Origin: an uncultured bacterium
GTDB taxonomy: Bacteria > Actinomycetota > Acidimicrobiia > Acidimicrobiales > VFJN01
Assembly (NCBI GenBank): GCA_963717085.1
Contig: CAVQVM010000019.1
Span: forward strand, 137,397-201,396
DNA: 64,000 bases
Direction of reading: 5' to 3'
Part shown: piece by piece, positions 37,489 through 45,556 of the stretch
Layout: every line of letters begins with the position of its first letter
Position numbering within the stretch: position 1 is the stretch's first letter
The notes under the pieces: model-generated
The model's input: the letters and a program-made list of their open reading frames with translations, nothing else
Database searches by the model: none
What the model was told of the DNA's origin: nothing
Made by a program: the position numbers and the translations under genes

Positions 37489-37614
37489 ATGGAAGCGTGG
37501 ATCCCACACCTCGTCGAGGAGCGGATGCGCGAGCGCCGGGCAGAGGCCGAGCGGGTGCGACCCGCCCGCCGGCACCGACTCGGCCTGCGCCGGTGGCGGA
37601 GGGACCGGTCATGA
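37489..37614 (+). CDS. Small Arg-rich ORF A (41 aa)
   Basis: GGAGG lies upstream and third-position GC is ~85%. MEAWIPHLVEERMRERRAEAERVRPARRHRLGLRRWRRDRS. The stop overlaps the ORF B start (ATGA). Confidence 0.4.
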   Translation: MEAWIPHLVEERMRERRAEAERVRPARRHRLGLRRWRRDRS

Positions 37615-37757
37615 CCGACGGGACCTACCACGTGCAACCCACATCGTGGCCGTGGGCCAGCCCCACGCTGCTGCGGAGCGCGGGGGTTTCACGGCGCCAT
37701 CGGCTTCGGTGGATTCGATGGGCGCCCTTCCGCGGGGCCGCCGGGGAAGGACGATGA
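37611..37757 (+). CDS. Small ORF B (48 aa), SWPW motif
   Basis: GGAGGG lies 8 nt upstream. MTDGTYHVQPTSWPWASPTLLRSAGVSRRHRLRWIRW... is 14/33 identical without gaps to the ORF at 53604-53750. Confidence 0.5.
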   Translation: MTDGTYHVQPTSWPWASPTLLRSAGVSRRHRLRWIRWAPFRGAAGEGR

Positions 37758-37758
37758 C

Positions 37759-37887
37759 ATGCAGAACACACGCCAACGCAACACCCCGCCCTACTACCGG
37801 GGCCTCCCGGCCGCCGTGTGGGGCGCAGCGTTGGATCCCGGCCGTCGCGCCCGCCGAGCGCGGGAGCGCGCCCGGCGCGCGGCCTGA
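37759..37887 (+). CDS. Small ORF C (42 aa), Y.RG.PA..W motif + Arg-rich tail
   Basis: GAAGGA lies upstream. ...PPYYRGLPAAVWGAALDPGRRARRA is 12/21 identical without gaps to the C-terminus of the ORF at 53847-54122. Confidence 0.5.
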   Translation: MQNTRQRNTPPYYRGLPAAVWGAALDPGRRARRARERARRAA

Positions 37888-37957
37888 TCGGGCCGAGAGT
37901 TCGGGAGGGCCGCACCACCTTGCGGCGCGGGTGACGAAGCCGGGCCGGGCCGGGCGG

Positions 37958-38833
37958 CTACGCCGGAGTGGCGGTCGCGTCCCAGTGGCGCCGGAGGTGC
38001 GGGATCAGGTCGGCGGCGCGTTCGTCGGGGAAGAACAGCTTGGCGCCTTCGATCTCGACGATCTCGGTGACGCCGGGGATGGCGTCGCGCAGCCACCGTG
38101 CCCACGACAGGTCGAAGAACGGATCGCCGGTGCCCCACACCAGCAGCGTCGGTGTCTCGAGCTCCTTGAGCTGCGGCTCGATGGCGAGCAGCGGACCCGG
38201 CTCGAGCTGAGCGACACAGCGCTCGAGCTCGCGGGCGCGCAGGTCGGATTCAGCGAGGGGCGCCAGGTAGGCGCGGAGCACCTCGTCGGGCAGGTCCTGC
38301 GGTCGCTCGTACCCGGACCCGAAGCCGGCGTCGGAGCGGGCCAGCGAGAAGTCGGTGGCGAGGCCCTTGACCACCTCGGCGAGAGCGCCCTGGCGTGCGA
38401 GGTCGACGACCGGGACGAAGCCCGGGGGCGGGATGTTCCCCTGCGTGTCGCAGTTGGTGAGAGTCATACTGCGCAACCGCTGCGGGTTGGTGGCGGCGAA
38501 GATCTGGGCCACGGCCCCGCCGGTGTCGTTGGCGACGAGATCGACCTGGCCGGCGTCGGTCGCATCGCACAGGGCGACGAGCGCCTGCGCTAGGCCCCCC
38601 AGCGACAGGTCCCAGGACTCGGTGGTTCGGGTCTGCCCGTGGGCAGGCAGGTCGATGGCGATGCAGCGCCGCTGTGTGGCGGCGTCGGCGAGCACGTTGC
38701 GCCAGAACAGCGCGTTCGTGAAGACGCCGTGGACGAACAAGGCCGTCGGCCCCTCGCCGACATCGAGATACGAGATCTCGCCGAGTTCTGTGGCTGCGGA
38801 CCGGCGGTGGGCTTCGAGCTCGTTCGGCATCAT
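37958..38833 (-). CDS. Alpha/beta-fold hydrolase
   Basis: ATG at 38833 after GAGGAGG. ALFVHGVFTNALFWRNV...LVANDTGGAVAQ (nucleophile elbow with Asp) ...LVWGTGDPFF. The 700-aa track ORF is an artefactual extension. Confidence 0.9.
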   Translation of the reverse strand: MMPNELEAHRRSAATELGEISYLDVGEGPTALFVHGVFTNALFWRNVLADAATQRRCIAIDLPAHGQTRTTESWDLSLGGLAQALVALCDATDAGQVDLVANDTGGAVAQIFAATNPQRLRSMTLTNCDTQGNIPPPGFVPVVDLARQGALAEVVKGLATDFSLARSDAGFGSGYERPQDLPDEVLRAYLAPLAESDLRARELERCVAQLEPGPLLAIEPQLKELETPTLLVWGTGDPFFDLSWARWLRDAIPGVTEIVEIEGAKLFFPDERAADLIPHLRRHWDATATPA

Positions 38834-38852
38834 GGCTGTGCCTCCTCGCAAT

Positions 38853-38897
38853 TTCACAGACCGACGGTCGGTATATTCACAGACCGTCGGTCGGTAT
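38853..38897. promoter_or_regulatory. Probable TetR operator pair in the divergent promoter region
   Basis: TTCACAGACCG(A/T)CGGTCGGTAT occurs at 38853-38874 and 38876-38897. Each copy contains the palindrome GACCGNCGGTC. Confidence 0.6.
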
Positions 38898-38911
38898 GTC
38901 AAGCTGTAGCG

Positions 38912-39499
38912 GTGAACCAGCGGGTGGAACAGGGGCAGGCGACGAGGGCGGCGCTGATCGACGTGGCAACGGAGCTGTTCGCCACCAACGGGTACGAGGC
39001 GACCGCGATCCCCGCCGTCCTCGCCGCGGCCGGTGTCAGCCGGGGGGCGCTGTACCACCACTTCGAGAGCAAGGAGGCGCTGTTCGAGGCCGTCCTGCAG
39101 TCGGTCGAGGCCGAAGCCACGCTCAAGGTCACTCGTGCGGCGCGCGGTGCCACCGACCCGCTGGACGGGCTCCGCCGGGGCTGCGCCGCCTACCTGGCCA
39201 TGTGTCGCGATCCGGTAGTGCGCCGGATCTCGCTCATCGACGCACCGGCGGTGGTCGGTTGGGAGCGCTGGCGAGAGATCGACGAGCAACATTCCTTCGG
39301 GCTCATCAAGGCCGCGATCGCCGCCATCGCCGCCGATGGGCGGGTCAAGCCCGAACTCATCGACGTCATGGCGCACATGGTGTTGGCGGCATTGCTCGAG
39401 GTGGCGCTCCTGGTCGCCCGTGCCGACGAGGGCCGCCTGGCGATACGCCGGGGGCAGGCGGCGGTCGACGAGCTCCTGACGGCGTTGTTCGCCTCCTGA
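38912..39499 (+). CDS. TetR/AcrR-family transcriptional regulator
   Basis: GTG at 38912: TRAALIDVATELFATNGYEATAIPAVLAAAGVSRGALYHHFESKEALF. Confidence 0.9.
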   Translation: MNQRVEQGQATRAALIDVATELFATNGYEATAIPAVLAAAGVSRGALYHHFESKEALFEAVLQSVEAEATLKVTRAARGATDPLDGLRRGCAAYLAMCRDPVVRRISLIDAPAVVGWERWREIDEQHSFGLIKAAIAAIAADGRVKPELIDVMAHMVLAALLEVALLVARADEGRLAIRRGQAAVDELLTALFAS

Positions 39500-39537
39500 G
39501 CGGGACGTCTCGGGAGTGCTCGCGCCGTGTCGGGGTG

Positions 39538-40053
39538 CTATGCCTCGGCGTCCACGTCGACCATGTATTGATCGTGCCGCTGGTAGAAGGCCGCCAGCTC
39601 CGCTTCGGACAACTGCCGCCCCGACGCGAGGATCTCGGCGAGCTCGCTGAAGAACGCCTCCCGCGGCGTGCCCGGTGCGAACAGGATGAGGATGCTCGTG
39701 TTCTCGCTCGTGTCGTTGCGAAATCCGTGCACGCCGTGCTCGGGCACGTGCAGGAACGATCCCGGACCCGCCGGCACCCACGACCGGCCGTCGAACAGCG
39801 TCACCGTGCCCGACAGAACGTAGAACGACTCGGAGAACCCCGTGTGCAAGTGAGGGGATGCCCCGCCCGCCTGCGGCGTCATGTCGTAGCGGAAGAGCCC
39901 GAAGCGTCCAGCAGTCAGCCGGCCGGGTGCCAGGAACGTCGCCAGGCTCGCAGGGCCGACCTGAACTTGGGGGGCGCCCCCGGACGCAACGAGCGTGGCG
40001 TTGGCCTCGGCGTGGGGGCGGTTGCCACCGGCGGGGTGAACGAGGAACGACAT
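39538..40053 (-). CDS. Cupin-domain protein
   Basis: 171 aa: PHLHTGFSESFYVLSGTVTLFDG...FLHVPEHGVHGFRN. Confidence 0.85.
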   Translation of the reverse strand: MSFLVHPAGGNRPHAEANATLVASGGAPQVQVGPASLATFLAPGRLTAGRFGLFRYDMTPQAGGASPHLHTGFSESFYVLSGTVTLFDGRSWVPAGPGSFLHVPEHGVHGFRNDTSENTSILILFAPGTPREAFFSELAEILASGRQLSEAELAAFYQRHDQYMVDVDAEA

Positions 40054-40127
40054 GCGACAAGCGTGGCGCTGCGCGCGGAGGTCGGGCGCGCCATTTCCGG
40101 CGCCCTCGTGCGCGCCCGAGAACGCCC

Positions 40128-41267
40128 TCAGGTGGGATCCGTCGACGCCGTCAGCTCCTGCGCGCCCCCGGCGTGGAGCGCGGTGTAGATCCGATCTCGG
40201 AGGGCGTTCGCGTCCGTGTCCGTGAGCGTCCGCTCGAGGTGACGGAGCACGACCCGAACGAGCACGTTCTTGTGGCGCCTGTGCATTCCCATGCGTGCGA
40301 TGGCGGATGCTGGCAGCTCGTTGTATGCGGTCTCTGACAGCACTGCGACCTCCTCGACGGCGGCGGCGTCGGCGCCGAGGGCGTCGCGCACGCGGTCGCC
40401 CAACCGTTCGACGTCGTCGTCGGCGTCGACCGCCACCGACAGGTCACGCACCACGGGCGGCATGGCCGAGACGGCGCGGTAGGGCGCCAGGTCGATCATC
40501 TGGCCGGCGACGCGGGGGTCGGCCGAGCGCAGCAGCCGAATGTCCGGGATGTGCTTGCGGAGCATGAGCAGCCGGTCCAGGCCCAGGCCCAGGGCCAGGC
40601 CGTGCCAGCCGGCCAAGCCCGCGCGCGTCAGGACGTCGGGATGGGCGAGGCCACACTCCCAGACCTCCACCCATGCGCGGCCGTCCTGGACGTCGACCTG
40701 ACGGCCGTCGACGGTGTAGGGGTGGATCCGTGGTTCGGCCCGCCAGCGCCGCCCGGGGGCCAGTGCGTCGACGAGCAGGTCGATCATCTCGTCCATGTCG
40801 GCGTTGGTGAGCGGCCGACGCGAGACGCGCCACAGGTCGAGCTGGTGCGGGGTCCCGGTGTGCAGCCGGTCGATGGCGTCCCGGCGGTACACGATGCCGG
40901 GGCAGACCAGCAGGACGTCGTCGAGAGCATCGGCGGCGAGGGCGCGCAGAGCCGGAGGCACCATCGCGCTGGAGTGGCTGCGCAACATCCGTTCGGCGTC
41001 GACGTAGCGCGTGTAGTGGGCGTCCCGGCTGGCGGCGCCGGCCGTGAACCCGAGGTTGTCGTAGTTGTCGGCTATCGGGACGATGCGGGGACCGGGGCTG
41101 GGCCGGATGGGACAGGCCCACGCGGCCACGAGCGCCTCGGCGGCCAGGCCGACGAGCGACCGGATGGCGTGCGGACCGGCGGCCGGATCGGTGAGATCGC
41201 GTAGCGCCAGGTCCCGCGTGAGCTGCTCTGTGGTCAGGTACGGGGGCACGGACTGGCTCCTTGGCAT
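40128..41267 (-). CDS. PheS-like class II aminoacyl-tRNA-synthetase core fused to an FDX-ACB domain (stand-alone ligase-like paralog)
   Basis: LRSHSSAMVPPALRAL...CPGIVYRRDAIDRLHTGTPHQLDLW (motif 2-like), GLALGLGLDRLLMLRKHIPDIRLL (motif 3-like), then YRAVSAMPPVVRDLSVAV...KNVLVRVVLRHLERTLTDTDANALRDRI (FDX-ACB-like). Confidence 0.8.
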   Translation of the reverse strand: MPRSQSVPPYLTTEQLTRDLALRDLTDPAAGPHAIRSLVGLAAEALVAAWACPIRPSPGPRIVPIADNYDNLGFTAGAASRDAHYTRYVDAERMLRSHSSAMVPPALRALAADALDDVLLVCPGIVYRRDAIDRLHTGTPHQLDLWRVSRRPLTNADMDEMIDLLVDALAPGRRWRAEPRIHPYTVDGRQVDVQDGRAWVEVWECGLAHPDVLTRAGLAGWHGLALGLGLDRLLMLRKHIPDIRLLRSADPRVAGQMIDLAPYRAVSAMPPVVRDLSVAVDADDDVERLGDRVRDALGADAAAVEEVAVLSETAYNELPASAIARMGMHRRHKNVLVRVVLRHLERTLTDTDANALRDRIYTALHAGGAQELTASTDPT

Positions 41268-41492
41268 CGGGGACGGTGACGGGGGAGTCCCCCGGCCCGT
41301 GAGCCCGGCGTGGAGTCAGCGGCTCAGACGTCGCGGCGCCACGCGGCTCGAAGGGCCGGGGAGCCGATAAATCGCCTGTTGGCTGCGACGTGCACGACTC
41401 TCATCGTATGCCCGGCCCCTTTGCGGTCACAGCGAATTCTCAGCGGACGCGATCACGCCCGGCGCTCGGTGTCGGCCATAGCTTTGGGTCGC

Positions 41493-42134
41493 ATGCCGCC
41501 CGTAGCCCTCGCCACGGCGATCGACACCGTGGCGTCCGCCGACCCCGTGCTCGCCCGGCTCGTGAGCCTGGTGGGTCCCATCCGGTACCGCCCACGCAAC
41601 CCCGACGGGCACTTCGGCGCCCTGGTGCGGGCGATCGTGTTCCAGCAGCTGGCCGGCCACGCCGCCAACGCGATCTTCCAGCGCGTGCGGGCTCTCGTGG
41701 ACGGCCCGCTGACGCCGGAGGCACTCCTCGCCGTGCCCGACGACGACTTGAAGGGCGCCGGCCTGTCCAAGGCGAAGTTCGCGTCCCTGCGAGACCTGTC
41801 CGCGAAGGTGATGGACGGCACCGTCGTGCTCGGCGGCGCTTCCAGGATGTCGGACGAGGACATCACCACCAGGCTGGTCATGGTCCGCGGCATCGGTCGC
41901 TGGACGGCGGAGATGTATCTGATGTTCGAGCTGCGCCGGCTCGACGTGTGGCCCGTCGACGACCTCGGTGTGCGCCAGGGTTATGGCCTCGCGTGGTCCC
42001 TCGGTGCGCCGCCGTCCCCCCGCGCGCTGCAGCCGCTCGGTGACCGCTTCCGCCCCTACCGTTCGGTGGTAGCGCGCTACTGCTGGGAAGCGGTCGCGCT
42101 CGCCCGCGGGGGAACTGACCCGGCTCTGCGGTAG
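41493..42134 (+). CDS. DNA-3-methyladenine glycosylase II (AlkA/HhH-GPD) family protein
   Basis: ATG at 41493: ...IVFQQLAGHAANAIFQRV...LKGAGLSKAKFASLRDLS...LVMVRGIGRWTAEMYLMF...VWPVDDLGVRQG. Confidence 0.85.
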   Translation: MPPVALATAIDTVASADPVLARLVSLVGPIRYRPRNPDGHFGALVRAIVFQQLAGHAANAIFQRVRALVDGPLTPEALLAVPDDDLKGAGLSKAKFASLRDLSAKVMDGTVVLGGASRMSDEDITTRLVMVRGIGRWTAEMYLMFELRRLDVWPVDDLGVRQGYGLAWSLGAPPSPRALQPLGDRFRPYRSVVARYCWEAVALARGGTDPALR

Positions 42135-42223
42135 GGATGCCGCCGTCCGGATCGGGAGCTGGTTTCCTGGCGCCGAAGTGGTTGGTCAGCAACCATTCCT
42201 TGCGCCAGGAACGGTGCCCGGTG

Positions 42224-42745
42224 CTACGTGGCGCGCCACTGACGGCGGACGGCATGGGTGCCGGGCTGGCCGATGGCGACCCAGCGCGCGACATCGACCT
42301 GCCGGATTTCGAGCTCGAACAGTGGATCGTGCGCGACCGATTCGATCATCCCCCCGACCTCGGTGCGCGCGATGACGGCGCCGATAGCGGCGCGGAGCGA
42401 CTCGTCGGAGGAGACCTCCCGGGCGAGGGCACGGATGCACAGCTCGTCGTCGTCGGCACCCGGCAGGGCATGGATCACGCACCGGGGATCCCGCCGGAGG
42501 TCCCAGCCCTTGGGCGACGAGCGTGGGATGGCCGCGAACAGCCGCCCGTCCGCCAGGATCGGGCAGAAGGGGTGCACGCGTGGGCCGCCGTCGCGCCGGA
42601 CGGTCCCGAGATAGCCGATGGGGAACCAGGACACGCCCTCGGGGAGGGACCGGTTGCGGTACAGCGCCAGCGGGCCGGGCCACAGGCGCGCCGCCACCTC
42701 GGCGATCTCGGGGGCATCACGCTCGAACTGAGTCCAGGTGGCCAC
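42224..42745 (-). CDS. Pyridoxamine 5'-phosphate oxidase-like (split beta-barrel) family protein
   Basis: GTG at 42745: ...IGYLGTVRRDGGPRVHPFCPILADGRLFAAIPRSSPKGWDLRRDPRCVIHA. The start is uncertain. Confidence 0.65.
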   Translation of the reverse strand: MATWTQFERDAPEIAEVAARLWPGPLALYRNRSLPEGVSWFPIGYLGTVRRDGGPRVHPFCPILADGRLFAAIPRSSPKGWDLRRDPRCVIHALPGADDDELCIRALAREVSSDESLRAAIGAVIARTEVGGMIESVAHDPLFELEIRQVDVARWVAIGQPGTHAVRRQWRAT

Positions 42746-42782
42746 ACCGCAGTGTGCCCCGTCGGCGGGGACGTGCGGGCCG

Positions 42783-43931
42783 TCAGCGCCAGAGGCGATC
42801 GGCGGCGATGGCGGCGCCGTCGGCCAACGCGCGCAGCTTGCCCCACGTGACGTCGGGATCGATGCCCTGGGTGCCGACATGGACGCTGAACCCGCAGTCG
42901 ACGCCCGCCATCAGGCGGTCGCGGCCGACCAGCCGGGCATAGCGCTCGATCCGCTGCGCGACGAGCTCGGGGTGCTCGATGTAGTTGGACTGGGGCTCGA
43001 TCACGCCCGGGCACAGGATCTTGTCGTCCGGCACCTCGGTGTCCTCGAACAGCGTCCACTCATGGGCATGGCGCGGGTTGGCGGCCTCGAAGAGCACGGT
43101 CCCCGGCTTGGCGGTCCAGATCAGGTCGATGATGTCCGCCAGGTCGACGTCACGATGGTGCGGACCCGGGTAGTTCCCCCAGCACACGTGCATCCGGAGC
43201 CGGTCGGCCGGAATGTCCCGCACCGCGTGGTTGAGCGCCTCGATGTTCAGGGCGACCCGGCGACGGAACTGGGCGAGGTCCATGTCGGCGTACGCGGAAT
43301 GCCGCCCCATCGCCAGGTCCGGGCAGTCGACCTGGACCGCGGCCCCGCCGGCGGCGATGGCCTCGTACTCGTAGCGCATCGCCTCGGCGATGGCGAAGAG
43401 GTACTCCTCGTCGGTGGCGTAGAACTCATTGGCGAAGAACAGCGACACGACGCCGGGCGACGCGGCGCTCGAGAAGGTGCCGTCGACGGTCGAGCCGGCG
43501 ACCGCGTTGTTGAGGTTGGCCATGTCCTGGGTGATCGCGTCGCGGTCCTTGACCGAGACCGGGCCGTTGCAGGCGGGCGCGGCGCGCTTGCGCCGCCCGG
43601 GGTTGGCGGAGACCATCTCGGCGCTGCGCGGGTAGTCGACGAGGTCGCCGAAGAAGTAGTCCTGCACCGACTCGCCCCCGAAGCCGTGGAGCCGGTCCTT
43701 GACGTAGGTGGCGTAGCTCGGCTTGGACATCTCCCCGTCGTTGACGACGCTCACGCCGGCCTCGGCCTGGCGGTCGACGACCTGCTGCACCGCGCTGGCG
43801 ACGCGATCGGACAGCGCCGCCGCGTCGACCGGGATGCCGTCGCCCTTGGCCCACATCATCTGGATCAGGTCGTCGGGCCGGGGCAGGCTCCCGGTATGGG
43901 TCGTCAGGATGCGTCCTGCACCGATGCTCAT
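42783..43931 (-). CDS. Cobalamin-independent methionine synthase (MetE C-terminal domain)-like protein
   Basis: 382 aa: ILTTHTGSLPRPDDL...VVNDGEMSKPSYATYV...VQVDCPDLA...HVCWGNY. Confidence 0.85.
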   Translation of the reverse strand: MSIGAGRILTTHTGSLPRPDDLIQMMWAKGDGIPVDAAALSDRVASAVQQVVDRQAEAGVSVVNDGEMSKPSYATYVKDRLHGFGGESVQDYFFGDLVDYPRSAEMVSANPGRRKRAAPACNGPVSVKDRDAITQDMANLNNAVAGSTVDGTFSSAASPGVVSLFFANEFYATDEEYLFAIAEAMRYEYEAIAAGGAAVQVDCPDLAMGRHSAYADMDLAQFRRRVALNIEALNHAVRDIPADRLRMHVCWGNYPGPHHRDVDLADIIDLIWTAKPGTVLFEAANPRHAHEWTLFEDTEVPDDKILCPGVIEPQSNYIEHPELVAQRIERYARLVGRDRLMAGVDCGFSVHVGTQGIDPDVTWGKLRALADGAAIAADRLWR

Positions 43932-44081
43932 CGAGGTCCTCCCTGCCGGACCGTGGTGCCAACGACCCCGCTACGGCTACCGTCGACCCACGGTACTCCG
44001 ACCAGGTCGGCTTGACCGGTATGCGGTAAGGTGTCCGTGTAGTGGGCACCACGCGTGGCGTTCCCATCGAAGGGAGAGGTC

Positions 44082-44616
44082 GTGACCACACAAGATCTTC
44101 CGACCAGACTGCACCACAACGCCTTCGTCACGAAGGACCAGGAGGCGACGCGGGCCTTCTACGAGGACCTGATCGGCCTGCCCCTGGTGGCCACGTGGTC
44201 CGAAGCCGACGAGCTCTTCGGTGCCGAGCGGGTGTACTGCCACACGTTCTTCGCGCTCGGCGACGGCAGCGCCCTGGCGTTCTTCCAGTTCGCGAACCAG
44301 GACGATCAGGACCTGTTCGATCCGGACCTGACCCCGTCGCCGTTCCGTCACATCGCGCTCGAGGGTGACGGCCGACCTGCAGCAGGCGATCCAGGACCGG
44401 TTGACCGCGGCCGGCTGGAAGCCGGACGGCACCTACGTCCTCGAGCACGGCTACTGCCGCTCCCTGTACACCGAGGATCCGAACGGCCTGCTCCTCGAGT
44501 TCACCGTCGACGTGTCGAACGCCGACCAGATCGCCGCCGACCGCCGGGCGGATTCCCACGAGACGCTCAAGCGCTGGCTCGGCGGCGATCACACGAGCAA
44601 CAACGTCTACCGGTAG
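44082..44616 (+). pseudogene. VOC-family (glyoxalase/dioxygenase-type) gene with a frameshift at the GGG run 44363-44365
   Basis: Frame 1 reads LHHNAFVTKDQEATRAFYEDLIGLPLVATW...SPFRHIALE. Frame 2 continues from 44365 as VTADLQQAIQDRLTAAGWK...LYTEDPNGLLLEFTV. Removing one G joins the two frames. Confidence 0.7.
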
Positions 44617-44668
44617 TGCGCCCCGGCGTCGACCCGAGGCGGACGAAGGGGGCGAGTCGGCGTCGCGA

Positions 44669-45484
44669 CTACATCGGGCCGAGGGGGTCGGGCACCGGCA
44701 GGCGGGCAAGGTTCATGAATTCCAGCGTGATGGCCTCGGCGGTCGACAACAGCAACGGCAGGTGCCGGCGCTTCAGCTCGTTGACCGACGTCTCGGCGGC
44801 GTGCACGGTGACGTTCACCGCCGCCGCGGTCGCGCCGGTCGCGTCGCGGACGGGGGCGGCGATCGACCGAATGCCGAGTGACAGCCGTTGGTCGGACAGG
44901 GCCCAGCCCCGACCCCGGGCGGTGGCGAGCTCGCGCTCCAGGTCGCGTCGCGATGGCCTGATGCGGGGGATGATGCCCGACTGCGATGGCGTCCTGAGCA
45001 CCCGGAGCAGCTCGGACCGGGGCAGGTCGGCGAGGAGCACGTGGCCCATCGACGTCGCGACGGCCGGGAACCGTGTCCCGATGTGGACGGACAGGGCGAT
45101 GATCTTCGGGACCGGCACGCGGGCCACGTACACGATGTCGCTGCCGTCGAGCTGTGACATCGAGCTCGATTCGCCGGTCTGCGCCACCAGCGCCTCCAGG
45201 TGCGGCCGGGCCAGCTCCCAGATGCCCAGGGCGGCGATGTACCCGGTCCCCAGCTCGAGCACCTTCGTCGTGAGCGTGTACAGGCCGTCGTTGGACCGCA
45301 CGTATCCCAGCTGCTCGAGGGTCATCAGCAGGCGCCGGGCCGTCGGCCGCGGCAACGACGTCCGGTCGGCGGCGTCCGTGACCGACAGCGTCGTGGCGGT
45401 GGGGCTGAACGCCGTGATGATGGCCAACCCACGGGCGAGCGCTTCGACGAAGTCGGAGTTCGACGCGCCCGGCATGGGGCGCAT
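44669..45484 (-). CDS. IclR-family transcriptional regulator
   Basis: ATG at 45484 after GGGAGG: FVEALARGLAIITAF...LSVTDAADRTSLPRPTARRLLMTLEQLGYV...GIRSIAAPVRD. Confidence 0.9.
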   Translation of the reverse strand: MRPMPGASNSDFVEALARGLAIITAFSPTATTLSVTDAADRTSLPRPTARRLLMTLEQLGYVRSNDGLYTLTTKVLELGTGYIAALGIWELARPHLEALVAQTGESSSMSQLDGSDIVYVARVPVPKIIALSVHIGTRFPAVATSMGHVLLADLPRSELLRVLRTPSQSGIIPRIRPSRRDLERELATARGRGWALSDQRLSLGIRSIAAPVRDATGATAAAVNVTVHAAETSVNELKRRHLPLLLSTAEAITLEFMNLARLPVPDPLGPM

Positions 45485-45556
45485 CCTCCCACGGTGGCGC
45501 GACCGCACCAAGCACTCGGACCGCCGTCGATCGACGATGAAGGAGGGTCGAGCGCG

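Noticed and set aside
37409-40060. ORFs 37409-38593(+) and the 700-aa form of 37958-40060(-)
   Set aside because: Only the 37958-38833 portion has alpha/beta-hydrolase sequence and an SD-ATG. The remainder is Arg-rich off-frame read-through across the TetR and cupin genes.
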